Positions 1-8,127 of a stretch of DNA of 64,000 nt are shown one piece after another. The stretch comes from Bacteroidales bacterium (GTDB lineage: Bacteria > Bacteroidota > Bacteroidia > Bacteroidales > WCHB1-69). A program made the translations under genes and the position numbers. The stretch's first letter is position 1. Each line of letters begins with the position of its first letter. A model generated the notes under the pieces. It saw only the letters and a list, made by a program, of their open reading frames with translations, was not told where the DNA came from and searched no databases. The stretch lies in assembly GCA_017613015.1 (NCBI GenBank), contig JAGAEQ010000029.1, positions 2,551 to 66,550 of the forward strand. The letters are read 5' to 3'.

Positions 1-600
1 ACCCTGCTCACTGCCGTCAAGGCCTCCATGTTGATGTCCGCATTCCCCGGGCCGATGGATGTGATGACCTACGCTTTCACTTACAATGAAAAAGGACAGG
101 TTTTGGTGTCGGAGATGACGCTTTTGCCGAACGACTACAATGTGGATTTGGAGTCTTTGGTGGGTGGCAGCAACAAAACGGTGTATACCTACCGCAACGA
201 CAAAACCCATTCCATATCCTACTATTCCTACGACAATTCCGATACGGTTAACGGCCCCAAATATGAGTTGGACACCCGTGAGTACTACACCTATCAGGCC
301 AACGGGGATGTGGACACGGTCTACACCTACAGCTTCGGAGAACTTGGCGCCGGCGTGGGGGACATTGCCACACTGAAAGTCCGCATCAGCCCGAACCCTG
401 TGAAGGACATGCTGTATGTGAGCGGTTTAGAAGCCGAAACGGAAGTGGGGATTTACTCCGCTGAGGGCAAAAAACTGATGCAAACCCGTGTGCAGGAAGG
501 CGAAAGCTCGATTTCGACTCAAGAGCTTCCCAAGGGTGTGTATTTCATTCGTTTACAAAACCAGTACGGAAATTCCGTCAAACAGGTGGTGAAACAATAA
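1..600 (+). CDS. 3' end of a secreted protein with a T9SS (Por) C-terminal sorting domain; the 5' end lies upstream of the window
   Basis: Frame 1 is open from nt 1 (TLLTAVKAS-M...), so the M at 28 in the ORF track is internal. The last ~80 aa (VRISPNPVKDMLYVSG...GIYSAEGKKLMQ...LPKGVYFIRLQNQYGNSVKQVVKQ) fit the T9SS type-A CTD pattern. The upstream part has repeated Y-x-Y-(N/D/Q)-xx-G-like motifs. Confidence 0.75.
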   Translation, partial: TLLTAVKASMLMSAFPGPMDVMTYAFTYNEKGQVLVSEMTLLPNDYNVDLESLVGGSNKTVYTYRNDKTHSISYYSYDNSDTVNGPKYELDTREYYTYQANGDVDTVYTYSFGELGAGVGDIATLKVRISPNPVKDMLYVSGLEAETEVGIYSAEGKKLMQTRVQEGESSISTQELPKGVYFIRLQNQYGNSVKQVVKQ

Positions 601-610
601 AACCTATACT

Positions 611-1018
611 ATGGCTATCGAACTGATAGGAAAACTGATACAACTGCTTCCGCCGCAAAGCGGAACAAGCCAGCGCGGCAATTGGAGCAAACAAGAGTTT
701 GTCATAGAGACCAGCGAGCAGTATCCGAAAAAAGTCTGTATTTCCGCATGGAACGACAATGCGTCCAAAGTGGCGCAGATTCCGGTGGGCACTCCCGTCA
801 AGGTGGCGGTGAACATCGAATCCCGCGAGTACAACGGCAAATGGTACACCGATGTGCGCATGTGGAACATACAGGTGGAGAACGCTTCGGTGGCGGATCC
901 CGTGTATACGGGAACACAGTATTCCGACATGCCTCCCCAAGAGCCGCAGTCTTTCGCCACACAACCGGAAGGCCCTGTCATCGCTGATTCCACACCGGAA
1001 GACGACCTTCCGTTCTAG
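611..1018 (+). CDS. DUF3127-family small OB-fold-like protein with an SSB-like acidic C-terminal tip
   Basis: ATG at 611. The N-terminal ~90 aa (GKLIQLLPPQSGTSQRGNWSKQEFVIE...QYPKKVCISAWND...ESREYNGKWYTDVRMWNIQ) match my memory of DUF3127. A P/Q/G-rich tail follows, ending in EDDLPF. A strong terminator lies just downstream. Confidence 0.8.
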   Translation: MAIELIGKLIQLLPPQSGTSQRGNWSKQEFVIETSEQYPKKVCISAWNDNASKVAQIPVGTPVKVAVNIESREYNGKWYTDVRMWNIQVENASVADPVYTGTQYSDMPPQEPQSFATQPEGPVIADSTPEDDLPF

Positions 1019-1038
1019 TGGGTGAGGCCTCAGAAAAA

Positions 1039-1067
1039 GAGCGGTGTGCAAACGCCGCTCTTTTTTT
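1039..1067 (+). terminator. Rho-independent terminator after the DUF3127 gene
   Basis: 8-bp stem GAGCGGTG/CGCCGCTC (one G-U pair, 1039-1046 with 1053-1060), 6-nt loop, then T7 (1061-1067). An A5 run upstream can extend the stem, giving a bidirectional look. Confidence 0.75.
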
Positions 1068-1118
1068 ATACTAAAATGCCGCTTGCCGCGTTATTTATTT
1101 TTTATAAAACATCTGCTC

Positions 1119-1886
1119 ATGCGAATCATGCGAAACCTCTGTTTGATTTCCGTCTGCCTGCTCGGCTTTTTCTCCGGCCTGCAAGCCGTTCCTGTTCATC
1201 CGGATTTTCAGGCGGCAAATGAAGCCTATCGTCAGAAAGACTACGCGCAGGCCGTCCTGTTGTACACCCGCTTGGCGGAGGCCGGTTACCGGGACGCGGA
1301 CCTGTATTACAATTTGGGAAACGCCTGCTACCGCCAGAACGACCTTGGACAGGCCTTGCTGTGGTATGAAAGGGCCTTGCGTCTCTGTCCGCACGATGCC
1401 GACATTCGGGCGAACATCGCCTTTGTCAATGCCCAGACCGTGGACCAGATGGAGGCGCTGCCGGAGCTTTTCTTCAAACGCTGGTTCCGTTGGCTGCGGG
1501 ATCTCGGATCTGTCACGGCCTGGAGCATCGTTTCGCTGCTGTGCAGCCTGCTGCTGTTCGCTTCCGTCACCTTGCTGCTGCTTTCCGGCGACGTGAAACG
1601 CCGCATCCGCTGCCTGATTGCCGCCACCTGTTTCACCCTTTGCCTGGGTGTGAGCATGGGGTTGGCTTTCTCCCAGAAACACGCCCAAGAGCGCACGGAT
1701 GAAGCCATTGTCACCGCCTATTCCGTGACGGTCAAAAGCATGCCGGACGCCTCCGGAACGGATTTGTTCACGGTGCATGAAGGCATGAAGGTGCGCCTCA
1801 CCGATGCGGTGGGGGCGTGGGTGGAGGTCCTTTTCCCGAACGGGAGCAAGGGCTGGGTGGAAAAACGGCAGTTAAGCGTCATCTGA
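1119..1886 (+). CDS. BatE-like TPR repeat protein with C-terminal bacterial SH3 domain
   Basis: The ORF-track ATG at 1044 lies inside the terminator stem, so I use ATG 1119 (MRIMRNLCLISVCLLGFFSGLQA signal-like; alternative ATG 1128). TPR-like segment ANEAYRQKDYAQAVLLYTRLAE...YYNLGNACYRQNDLGQALLWYERAL, then TM helices, then SH3b-like end (VTVKSMPDASGTDLFTVHEGMKVRL...WVEVLFPNGSKGWV). Confidence 0.7.
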   Translation: MRIMRNLCLISVCLLGFFSGLQAVPVHPDFQAANEAYRQKDYAQAVLLYTRLAEAGYRDADLYYNLGNACYRQNDLGQALLWYERALRLCPHDADIRANIAFVNAQTVDQMEALPELFFKRWFRWLRDLGSVTAWSIVSLLCSLLLFASVTLLLLSGDVKRRIRCLIAATCFTLCLGVSMGLAFSQKHAQERTDEAIVTAYSVTVKSMPDASGTDLFTVHEGMKVRLTDAVGAWVEVLFPNGSKGWVEKRQLSVI

Positions 1887-2929
1887 TGGGCAGGAGTTTC
1901 ATGGGATATGCGCGGCCCGTGCTGATTGCGGGCCCTTGTGCCGCCGAATCGGAAGCCTTGTTGTGGGAGACCGCCAAGGCCTTGAAAGCCGGTGGAAAAG
2001 TCTCTTTGTTCCGTTGTGGCGTGTGGAAGGTGCGTTCCATGCCCGGCACTTTTGAAGGGATGGGGGAGGCCGCCATGCCTGTCTTGCAGCGCATTCAGCA
2101 AGAATTGTCGCTGCCGGTCTGCGTGGAGGCAGCGACACCGGCACAGGTGGAGTCTGTGCTGCGCCACGACCTGTCCGCCTGCTGGGTGGGGGCCAGAACC
2201 TTGGTGAACCCCAAGCAGGTGGCGGAAATCGCCGAAGCCGCCCGGGGAACGGGCCTGCCGTTTCTGCTGAAAAACCCCTTGGTGCCCGATTTGAAGCTGT
2301 GGGAGGGCGCGTTTGAGCGTTTCGTCCAGGCCGGGCTGCACGAATTGGCCGCCGTGTACCGGGGCTTCGCCTCCGAGGATGCGGCGCCTTACCGCAACCG
2401 TCCCTTGTGGCATTTGGCCATCGAGTGGAAGCGCAGGCATCCGGATTTGCCGCTGCTTTGCGACCCCAGCCATTTGGCCGGGCATCGTGAGTGGTTGCAG
2501 GAAGTGGCCCAGAAGGCCCTTTACTTGGATGTGGACGGCCTGATGGTGGAAGTGCACGCCGCGCCTGAAAAAGCCTTGAGCGACGCCGCCCAACAAATAG
2601 CCCCCGAATCTTTTTATCAGCTGCTTTCGGCTTTGCGCTTCCCGAACCGGACGGAAGCCAACGATGCCTTGAACGCCTGCCGGACCTCCATTGACGAATT
2701 GGATGCCGCCCTTTTGGGGCTGCTGTCGCGCCGCATGGAGATTTCCCGCCAAATCGCCCGTATCAAGCGGGAAAAGCAGATGCCGCTGCTACAGACCAGA
2801 CGCTGGCAGACCGTGCTGGACAACGCGCTTCGCAAGGCGGAAGCCCTGCAATTGGATGAGGATTTTGTCCGGGACGTGATGAACCGCATTCACGAGGCTT
2901 CCATTGAAGCGCAGGAAAAAAGCCTTTAG
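1886..2929 (+). CDS. Bifunctional 3-deoxy-7-phosphoheptulonate (DAHP) synthase / chorismate mutase type II
   Basis: ATG 1886 overlaps the upstream TGA by 1 nt (TGATG). N-terminal PVLIAGPCAAESE and the KDO8P/DAHP class I-beta-like body. C-terminal AroQ-type CM segment (IDELDAALLGLLSRRMEISRQIARIKRE...). Confidence 0.85.
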   Translation: MGRSFMGYARPVLIAGPCAAESEALLWETAKALKAGGKVSLFRCGVWKVRSMPGTFEGMGEAAMPVLQRIQQELSLPVCVEAATPAQVESVLRHDLSACWVGARTLVNPKQVAEIAEAARGTGLPFLLKNPLVPDLKLWEGAFERFVQAGLHELAAVYRGFASEDAAPYRNRPLWHLAIEWKRRHPDLPLLCDPSHLAGHREWLQEVAQKALYLDVDGLMVEVHAAPEKALSDAAQQIAPESFYQLLSALRFPNRTEANDALNACRTSIDELDAALLGLLSRRMEISRQIARIKREKQMPLLQTRRWQTVLDNALRKAEALQLDEDFVRDVMNRIHEASIEAQEKSL

Positions 2930-3678
2930 CGGTAGGCAATACTGTTCAGCTCGAATTCCCGCAGCGCTTCCCCGCAGCGCACTTGAAGCAGCCCTTTTTC
3001 AGAAACCCCGGTGATCATGCCTTGGAAGCATTCGCCCGTTGTCGTATCCTGATAGGCGGCCGTCTCCTGTTTGCGGTACAGCCGTTGAAGGTAGTCCGCG
3101 TGCAGGTTTGCCGCTTCCTGCCGTTTGCGTTGCAGCAGGCAGTCCCGTATACCCAAGGCACAATCTTCTATGGTCAAGTCGTTTCCCTTTTCCAGCAGGA
3201 CGGAAGTGGGGTTGGGCAGCGTTTCCGGAAAAAGCGTCTGCCTCACGTTCAGTCCGATGCCGAGAATGCTGTAGGCGATTTCCGCCCCCGACCAATGGTG
3301 CTCTATCAGTATGCCCGCGATTTTTTTCGTCCCGATGTAGATGTCGTTGGGCCATTTGATGCGCACAACTGACAATCCGGCATGTTTTTCCAAAAAATCT
3401 GCCACGGCCAGCGAAAACCACTCCGTAATCCGGAATTGCGCCTCCACCGCCAATTGGGGATGGAGTAGTATACTCATTAACAGATTTTTGCCTTTTTCAC
3501 TAACCCAAGTGTTCCGCTGACGGCCGCGTCCTGCCGTCTGGTAGTCGCACCAAACCAGGCTCCCTTCCGGCAGAGGTGGCGTTTTGGCATGATTTTGCGA
3601 TTCCATGCACGCTGCCAGCCAGGTGTTGGTGGATGTCAGTTCCTGAAAATGAAAGGTCGGCGCCATATCCTGAATCAT
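2926..3678 (-). CDS. birA: Biotin--[acetyl-CoA-carboxylase] ligase
   Basis: TAGRGRQRNTW glycine-rich biotin ligase motif and KWPNDIY. The longest ORF opens at a TTG (3690). I prefer ATG 3678 because a minus-strand TACTTTTG -7 box sits at 3693-3700. The stop overlaps the convergent DAHP synthase stop (TTAG). Confidence 0.85.
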   Translation of the reverse strand: MIQDMAPTFHFQELTSTNTWLAACMESQNHAKTPPLPEGSLVWCDYQTAGRGRQRNTWVSEKGKNLLMSILLHPQLAVEAQFRITEWFSLAVADFLEKHAGLSVVRIKWPNDIYIGTKKIAGILIEHHWSGAEIAYSILGIGLNVRQTLFPETLPNPTSVLLEKGNDLTIEDCALGIRDCLLQRKRQEAANLHADYLQRLYRKQETAAYQDTTTGECFQGMITGVSEKGLLQVRCGEALREFELNSIAYR

Positions 3679-3692
3679 TCGTGATAACAAGG

Positions 3693-3700
3693 CAAAAGTA
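3693..3700 (-). promoter_or_regulatory. Bacteroidota sigma-A -7 box (TACTTTTG) for birA
   Basis: Plus-strand CAAAAGTA equals minus-strand TACTTTTG, matching TAnnTTTG. It lies 15 nt upstream of ATG 3678. Confidence 0.45.
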
Positions 3701-3726
3701 GTGTAAAAAGGTATTGAAAGAAAGCG

Positions 3727-3734
3727 TATTTTTG
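3727..3734 (+). promoter_or_regulatory. Bacteroidota sigma-A -7 box (TATTTTTG) for rsfS-ftsH
   Basis: Matches TAnnTTTG and lies 16 nt upstream of ATG 3750. It falls inside the longest ORF, which starts at 3714. Confidence 0.45.
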
Positions 3735-3749
3735 CAAAAAAACAAATTT

Positions 3750-4172
3750 ATGCCGAAAACTTCGAAAAAAGTTGTAAATCAAGCGTATAAAATCAGTGAC
3801 GCGGACACCTTGGCTGCCATCGTCGTGGAAGCCCTGCAAGAAATCAAAGGCCGGGACATCACCGAAATCCGATTCGGGGAGTCGGTGGAGCATCCGCTTT
3901 TCGACGCCTTCATTCTCTGTTCGGCCACTTCCAATGTGCAGGCCGAGGCCTTGTGTGACAACGTGCAGCGTCGCGTGTACGAGAAACTGCATCTGGAGCC
4001 TTCCCACTACGAGGGGAGAAACGAGGCGCAATGGATACTGATTGACTATTTCAATGTGCTGGTGCACATATTTTTGGAAGACAAACGCCAATTCTACAAT
4101 CTGGAAGGGCTTTGGAACGACGCCGAAATCCGGCACTGTGAAGAGCCTGTACAAACTGTTCAAACCCATTAA
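3750..4172 (+). CDS. rsfS: Ribosome silencing factor RsfS
   Basis: EALQEIKGRDITEI...FILCSATSNVQAEAL...W.LIDYFNVLVHIF pattern typical of RsfS/iojap. The start is placed at ATG 3750 (in frame with 3714) because of the -7 box at 3727-3734. Confidence 0.85.
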   Translation: MPKTSKKVVNQAYKISDADTLAAIVVEALQEIKGRDITEIRFGESVEHPLFDAFILCSATSNVQAEALCDNVQRRVYEKLHLEPSHYEGRNEAQWILIDYFNVLVHIFLEDKRQFYNLEGLWNDAEIRHCEEPVQTVQTH

Positions 4173-4194
4173 CATCTAATATAAATCACCTCCT

Positions 4195-6162
4195 ATGAGC
4201 CAGAAAACGTCCCGGAAAGCACAACCTCCCGTGAATAACAATCCCCAAAAGAAAAAAGGAGGCTTCAACTTCTATTGGTTTTACGGCATTGTGGCCTTGG
4301 GTATTCTTTTGGTTGGCATGTTCGGCATGGAGCAGGGCCCCAAAAAAATAGGATCTGACCGTCTGAACAAGATGGTGCGCGATCATGCCATTGAAAAAAT
4401 CGTGATTGTCAAGCAGAAAGAGGAGGCCCGCATCTTCTTGAACAGCAATGCGGTAAATTTGGACTCCGATTATGTGAAAGCCTTCGAAATCAATAAGAAC
4501 GGTCCGCATTATGTGATTGAAATCACCGAATCCGCCGATTTCAAGCAGGATGTGAGGGATATGGAAATGCGTGCATACCGGAAGGATACCATTGGTATGG
4601 ATGCGGAGGCGAAAGCCGCGTATGAAGAAAATTTCACGCCGGTCAATATCAGTGTGGACAATACCAAGAACTGGGGCTCTGGCTTGATAATCTGGCTGTT
4701 CCCCATGTTGCTCATTTTCCTGTTCTTCTTCCTTTCCACCCGCAGCATGACCCGTGGGGCGGGCGGACAGTTTTTCAACATCGGCCGCTCCAAGGCCCAG
4801 TTGTATGACAAGGACAACCAGCCTTCCGTCACCTTTCAGGATGTGGCCGGTTTGGAGGGAGCCAAGGAGGAAGTGGTGGAGATTGTGGATTTTCTGAAAA
4901 ATCCGAAGAAATACACCGCTTTGGGCGGAAAAATTCCGAAAGGGGCTTTGCTCGTAGGTCCTCCGGGGACAGGTAAAACCTTGTTGGCCAGAGCTGTTGC
5001 GGGCGAAGCCAAGGTGCCGTTCTTCTCCCTTTCCGGATCAGATTTTGTGGAAATGTTTGTCGGCGTGGGCGCTTCCCGGGTCCGGGATTTGTTCAAAATG
5101 GCCAAGGAGAAAGCTCCCTGCATCATTTTCATTGACGAAATCGACGCCATAGGGCGGGCGAGGGGACGCAATGCAATTTCCGGCGCCAACGACGAAAGGG
5201 AGAACACTCTCAACCAGTTGCTGACGGAAATGGACGGTTTTTCCACCAATGCGGGCGTGATTATCCTGGCCGCCACCAACCGTGCCGACATTTTGGACAG
5301 CGCCTTGCTGCGTGCGGGCCGTTTCGACCGCCAGATTCATGTGGAGCTGCCGGATGTGGAGGAGCGCAAAGCCATTTTCGGAGTGCATATCCGTCCCTTG
5401 AAACTCTCCAAGGATGTGGATATTGAGGCTTTTTCCAAGCAAACCCCCGGCTTTTCCGGCGCCGACATCGCCAATGTGTGCAACGAGGCCGCTCTGATTG
5501 CCGCCCGCAACAACAAAAAGGAAATCGAAAAGAGTGACTTCCTGGCCGCCATCGACCGCATCATCGGCGGATTGGAGCGGCGGAGCAAAATCATTTCGCC
5601 GGAGGAGAAACGTGTCATCGCCTACCACGAGGCCGGACACGCCATTGTCAGCTGGATGCTGCGCTATGCTTCCCCCTTGGTGAAAGTGACCATAGTGCCG
5701 CGCGGAAAATCCTTAGGCGCAGCCTGGTACATGCCGGAGGAGCGTCAGATTGTCAATACAGACCAGATGATGGACGAAATCGCCGCCACGCTGGGCGGAC
5801 GGGCTGCGGAAGAAGTGGTGTTTGGCAAGATTTCCACCGGAGCGCTCAACGATTTGGAAAAAGTGACCAAACAGGCCTACGCCATGGTAAAATACTACGG
5901 CCTGAACGCCAAAATCGGCAACCTGAGCTATTTTGACTCCACTGGTCAGAGCGAATACGCGTTCACCCATCCCTATAGCGAAAAAACGGCCCAGAGCATC
6001 GACGAGGAAGTGCGCAAATTGGTGGAAAAAGCCTACGGGAACGCCACCGAGATTCTGAAAGCGCATCAGGAACAGCTGTCGCAACTGGCGGAGCTGCTAC
6101 TGGAGCATGAGGTCATCTTCAGCGAGGATGTGGAGCGCATTTGCGGCCCACGTCCGTTGTAA
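4195..6162 (+). CDS. ftsH: ATP-dependent zinc metalloprotease FtsH
   Basis: Two N-terminal TM helices, Walker [22 protein letters not shown] region, zinc site HEAGHAIV. Confidence 0.97.
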   Translation: MSQKTSRKAQPPVNNNPQKKKGGFNFYWFYGIVALGILLVGMFGMEQGPKKIGSDRLNKMVRDHAIEKIVIVKQKEEARIFLNSNAVNLDSDYVKAFEINKNGPHYVIEITESADFKQDVRDMEMRAYRKDTIGMDAEAKAAYEENFTPVNISVDNTKNWGSGLIIWLFPMLLIFLFFFLSTRSMTRGAGGQFFNIGRSKAQLYDKDNQPSVTFQDVAGLEGAKEEVVEIVDFLKNPKKYTALGGKIPKGALLVGPPGTGKTLLARAVAGEAKVPFFSLSGSDFVEMFVGVGASRVRDLFKMAKEKAPCIIFIDEIDAIGRARGRNAISGANDERENTLNQLLTEMDGFSTNAGVIILAATNRADILDSALLRAGRFDRQIHVELPDVEERKAIFGVHIRPLKLSKDVDIEAFSKQTPGFSGADIANVCNEAALIAARNNKKEIEKSDFLAAIDRIIGGLERRSKIISPEEKRVIAYHEAGHAIVSWMLRYASPLVKVTIVPRGKSLGAAWYMPEERQIVNTDQMMDEIAATLGGRAAEEVVFGKISTGALNDLEKVTKQAYAMVKYYGLNAKIGNLSYFDSTGQSEYAFTHPYSEKTAQSIDEEVRKLVEKAYGNATEILKAHQEQLSQLAELLLEHEVIFSEDVERICGPRPL

Positions 6163-6173
6163 GTTTTTTTTGC

Positions 6174-7313
6174 TTATTTTTTAAGGTGTTTTCCCAAGGA
6201 GAACAGCAAATCCGTGAACAGCATTTTGGTGTTGGCGTTGGCCTCCACCTGTTTCACGGCTGTGTTTAGCAGGGTGTAGAAGGGGGAAATGTTGTCCTCC
6301 CGTATAAAAACCTTGAATTTGGAAATCCATTCGTTCTCTGACGGCGAAGTGGGGGCAAGGCGTTCCAAAGGAATGTTCTGCATCACGCATTTGCGCACCA
6401 TCACCAAGGCATAGCGCAAAAACTGTTTCTGCCCTTCCCGTCCAAAGGATTCCATGCGGCTGACCCATTGCAGCGCCTGACTGAAGTCGAACACCTTCAC
6501 GGGATGGTACAAGGCGTAGGCGTAGCGCATCATCTCCTGAAAAGCGGAAAACCATTGCAGCTTGTCCTCCGCCTGGTTTTCGTAGTGCAAGGCCTCTATC
6601 AGGTTGTTTTCCACCGTCGCGGCGATACGGAGGGCCGCACTGGGCTCGCAGTGTTTCTCCTTTTGCAGGATTTCCGCCAGCTCCTGGGTGTTGAACCGCC
6701 GCACTTTGACCAACTGGCTGCGGGAAACGATGGTGTTCAGCACCTGGTCGTGGTTTTCCGTAATCAGCAGGAAGAGGGTTTTCCCGTCCGGTTCCTCCAA
6801 GGTCTTGAGCAGCTTGGGGGCAATTTGCGGGTTCAGTTTCTCCACCATCCAAAGGATGAACACTTTATATTCCGCCTCATAGGCTTTCAGGGCGGTCTGC
6901 GGCAACAGCAGATCCATGTCCTCTTTGTTCAGCATGCCCTGCTTGTTCTCCATGCCGATGCGCTGGTACCAGTCGTGGAGGGAGAACAGCCCTTTCGTCT
7001 CCTGAATCAGGCTGCGCCACTCGGTGTAATAGGTGTAGGACGAGCTGTCCTTTCCTGCCGAATGCGGAAAATAGCAATGCAGGTCGGGATGGGCCAACTG
7101 CTGGAACTGTACGCAGGAGGGGCAGACCCCGCAGGAATCCGTTTCCGTCCGGTCCGGACAGTTGATGTATTGGGCGTAGGCCAAGGCTAATCCCAAGGTG
7201 TGGCAGCCTTCCATGCCGTAGAACAGCTGGGCATGGCTGACCCTCCCGCTGCTGACGGCACGGCGCAGTTGCGATTTAACCTCTTCGGGGGCAAGCACTT
7301 CGGAAAACAGCAT
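6174..7313 (-). CDS. holB: DNA polymerase III subunit delta-prime
   Basis: GRVSHAQLFYG, a degenerate P-loop (GMEGCHTLGLALAYAQ), a zinc module CGVCPSCVQF, HPDLH, and a clamp-loader-like fold order. Confidence 0.8.
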   Translation of the reverse strand: MLFSEVLAPEEVKSQLRRAVSSGRVSHAQLFYGMEGCHTLGLALAYAQYINCPDRTETDSCGVCPSCVQFQQLAHPDLHCYFPHSAGKDSSSYTYYTEWRSLIQETKGLFSLHDWYQRIGMENKQGMLNKEDMDLLLPQTALKAYEAEYKVFILWMVEKLNPQIAPKLLKTLEEPDGKTLFLLITENHDQVLNTIVSRSQLVKVRRFNTQELAEILQKEKHCEPSAALRIAATVENNLIEALHYENQAEDKLQWFSAFQEMMRYAYALYHPVKVFDFSQALQWVSRMESFGREGQKQFLRYALVMVRKCVMQNIPLERLAPTSPSENEWISKFKVFIREDNISPFYTLLNTAVKQVEANANTKMLFTDLLFSLGKHLKK

Positions 7314-7317
7314 GGGA

Positions 7318-8127
7318 TTAGCGACTGATTACATCCTTCACCACCGCAATCAGCTGCTCCTCCATACGGGCGCCCGCCTCCAGAATGTCCTCGTGGGTGT
7401 CCGTAGCAGCATGCAGGGGGTTGAACACATTGGTAATGACGGAAAGGCCAAGGCATTTCATGCCGGAATGCCGGCAGACAATGGCTTCCGGAACGGTGGA
7501 CATGCCCACGCAGTCGGCGCCGAGCAGGCGGTACATTTGGTATTCGGCCGGGGTTTCGAGGGTGGGGCCTTGCACCCCGATGTACACGCCCCGGTGGCAG
7601 CGCAGTCCGTGCGCCTTGGCCGCGGCTTCGGCTTTGTCCAGCAGCACGGGGTCATACACTTCGCCCATGTTGGGGAAGCGGGGGCCGAGGCTGTCCTCGT
7701 TTTTTCCGCGCAGCGGGTGTTCCGGGAAGAAATTGATGTGGTCGCGCAGCAGCATGAGGTCTCCGACACGGTAGTCCGGATTCATGCCACCGGAGGCATT
7801 GGAGAGAATAACGGTCTCCACGCCAAGGGCTTTCATTACGCGGATAGGGAAGGTCACCTGCTGCATGCTGTAGCCCTCGTAAAAATGGAAACGTCCCTGC
7901 ATGACCATGATTTCCTGTCCGTTCAGTTTTCCGAACACCAGGTTTCCGGCATGACCGGCCACCGTGGACACGGGAAAATGCGGTATGGCCGCGTAAGGGA
8001 TGCGGCAATCCTCCTGAATGTGATGCACAAAACCGTTCAGTCCGCTTCCCAGCACAATGGCGGTACGGGCCTGCGGATGTGCGGCTTCTTCAATGTATTG
8101 CTTGGCTTCTTGAATCTTTTTCAACAT
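7318..8127 (-). CDS. Purine nucleoside phosphorylase (trimeric PunA-type)
   Basis: AIVLGSGLNGF, VSTVAGHAGNLVFGKL, MQGRFHFYEGY, GADCVGMSTVPE. ATG at 8127 confirmed. Confidence 0.9.
   Translation of the reverse strand: MLKKIQEAKQYIEEAAHPQARTAIVLGSGLNGFVHHIQEDCRIPYAAIPHFPVSTVAGHAGNLVFGKLNGQEIMVMQGRFHFYEGYSMQQVTFPIRVMKALGVETVILSNASGGMNPDYRVGDLMLLRDHINFFPEHPLRGKNEDSLGPRFPNMGEVYDPVLLDKAEAAAKAHGLRCHRGVYIGVQGPTLETPAEYQMYRLLGADCVGMSTVPEAIVCRHSGMKCLGLSVITNVFNPLHAATDTHEDILEAGARMEEQLIAVVKDVISR

Noticed and set aside
1044-1118. The ATG at 1044 as the start of the BatE-like gene, which is the longest ORF.
   Set aside because: That ATG lies inside the stem of the upstream terminator. The first 25 residues (MCKRRSFFILKCRLPRYLFFIKHLL) look like translated AT-rich spacer. 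ATG 1119 or 1128 gives a normal signal-like N-terminus.
1119-1886. A BatE-like gene plus a VWA-like membrane protein (44737-46812), considered as a Bat aerotolerance operon.
   Set aside because: The two genes are 43 kb apart, and no batA-D, moxR or DUF58 genes are present. This is not an operon.
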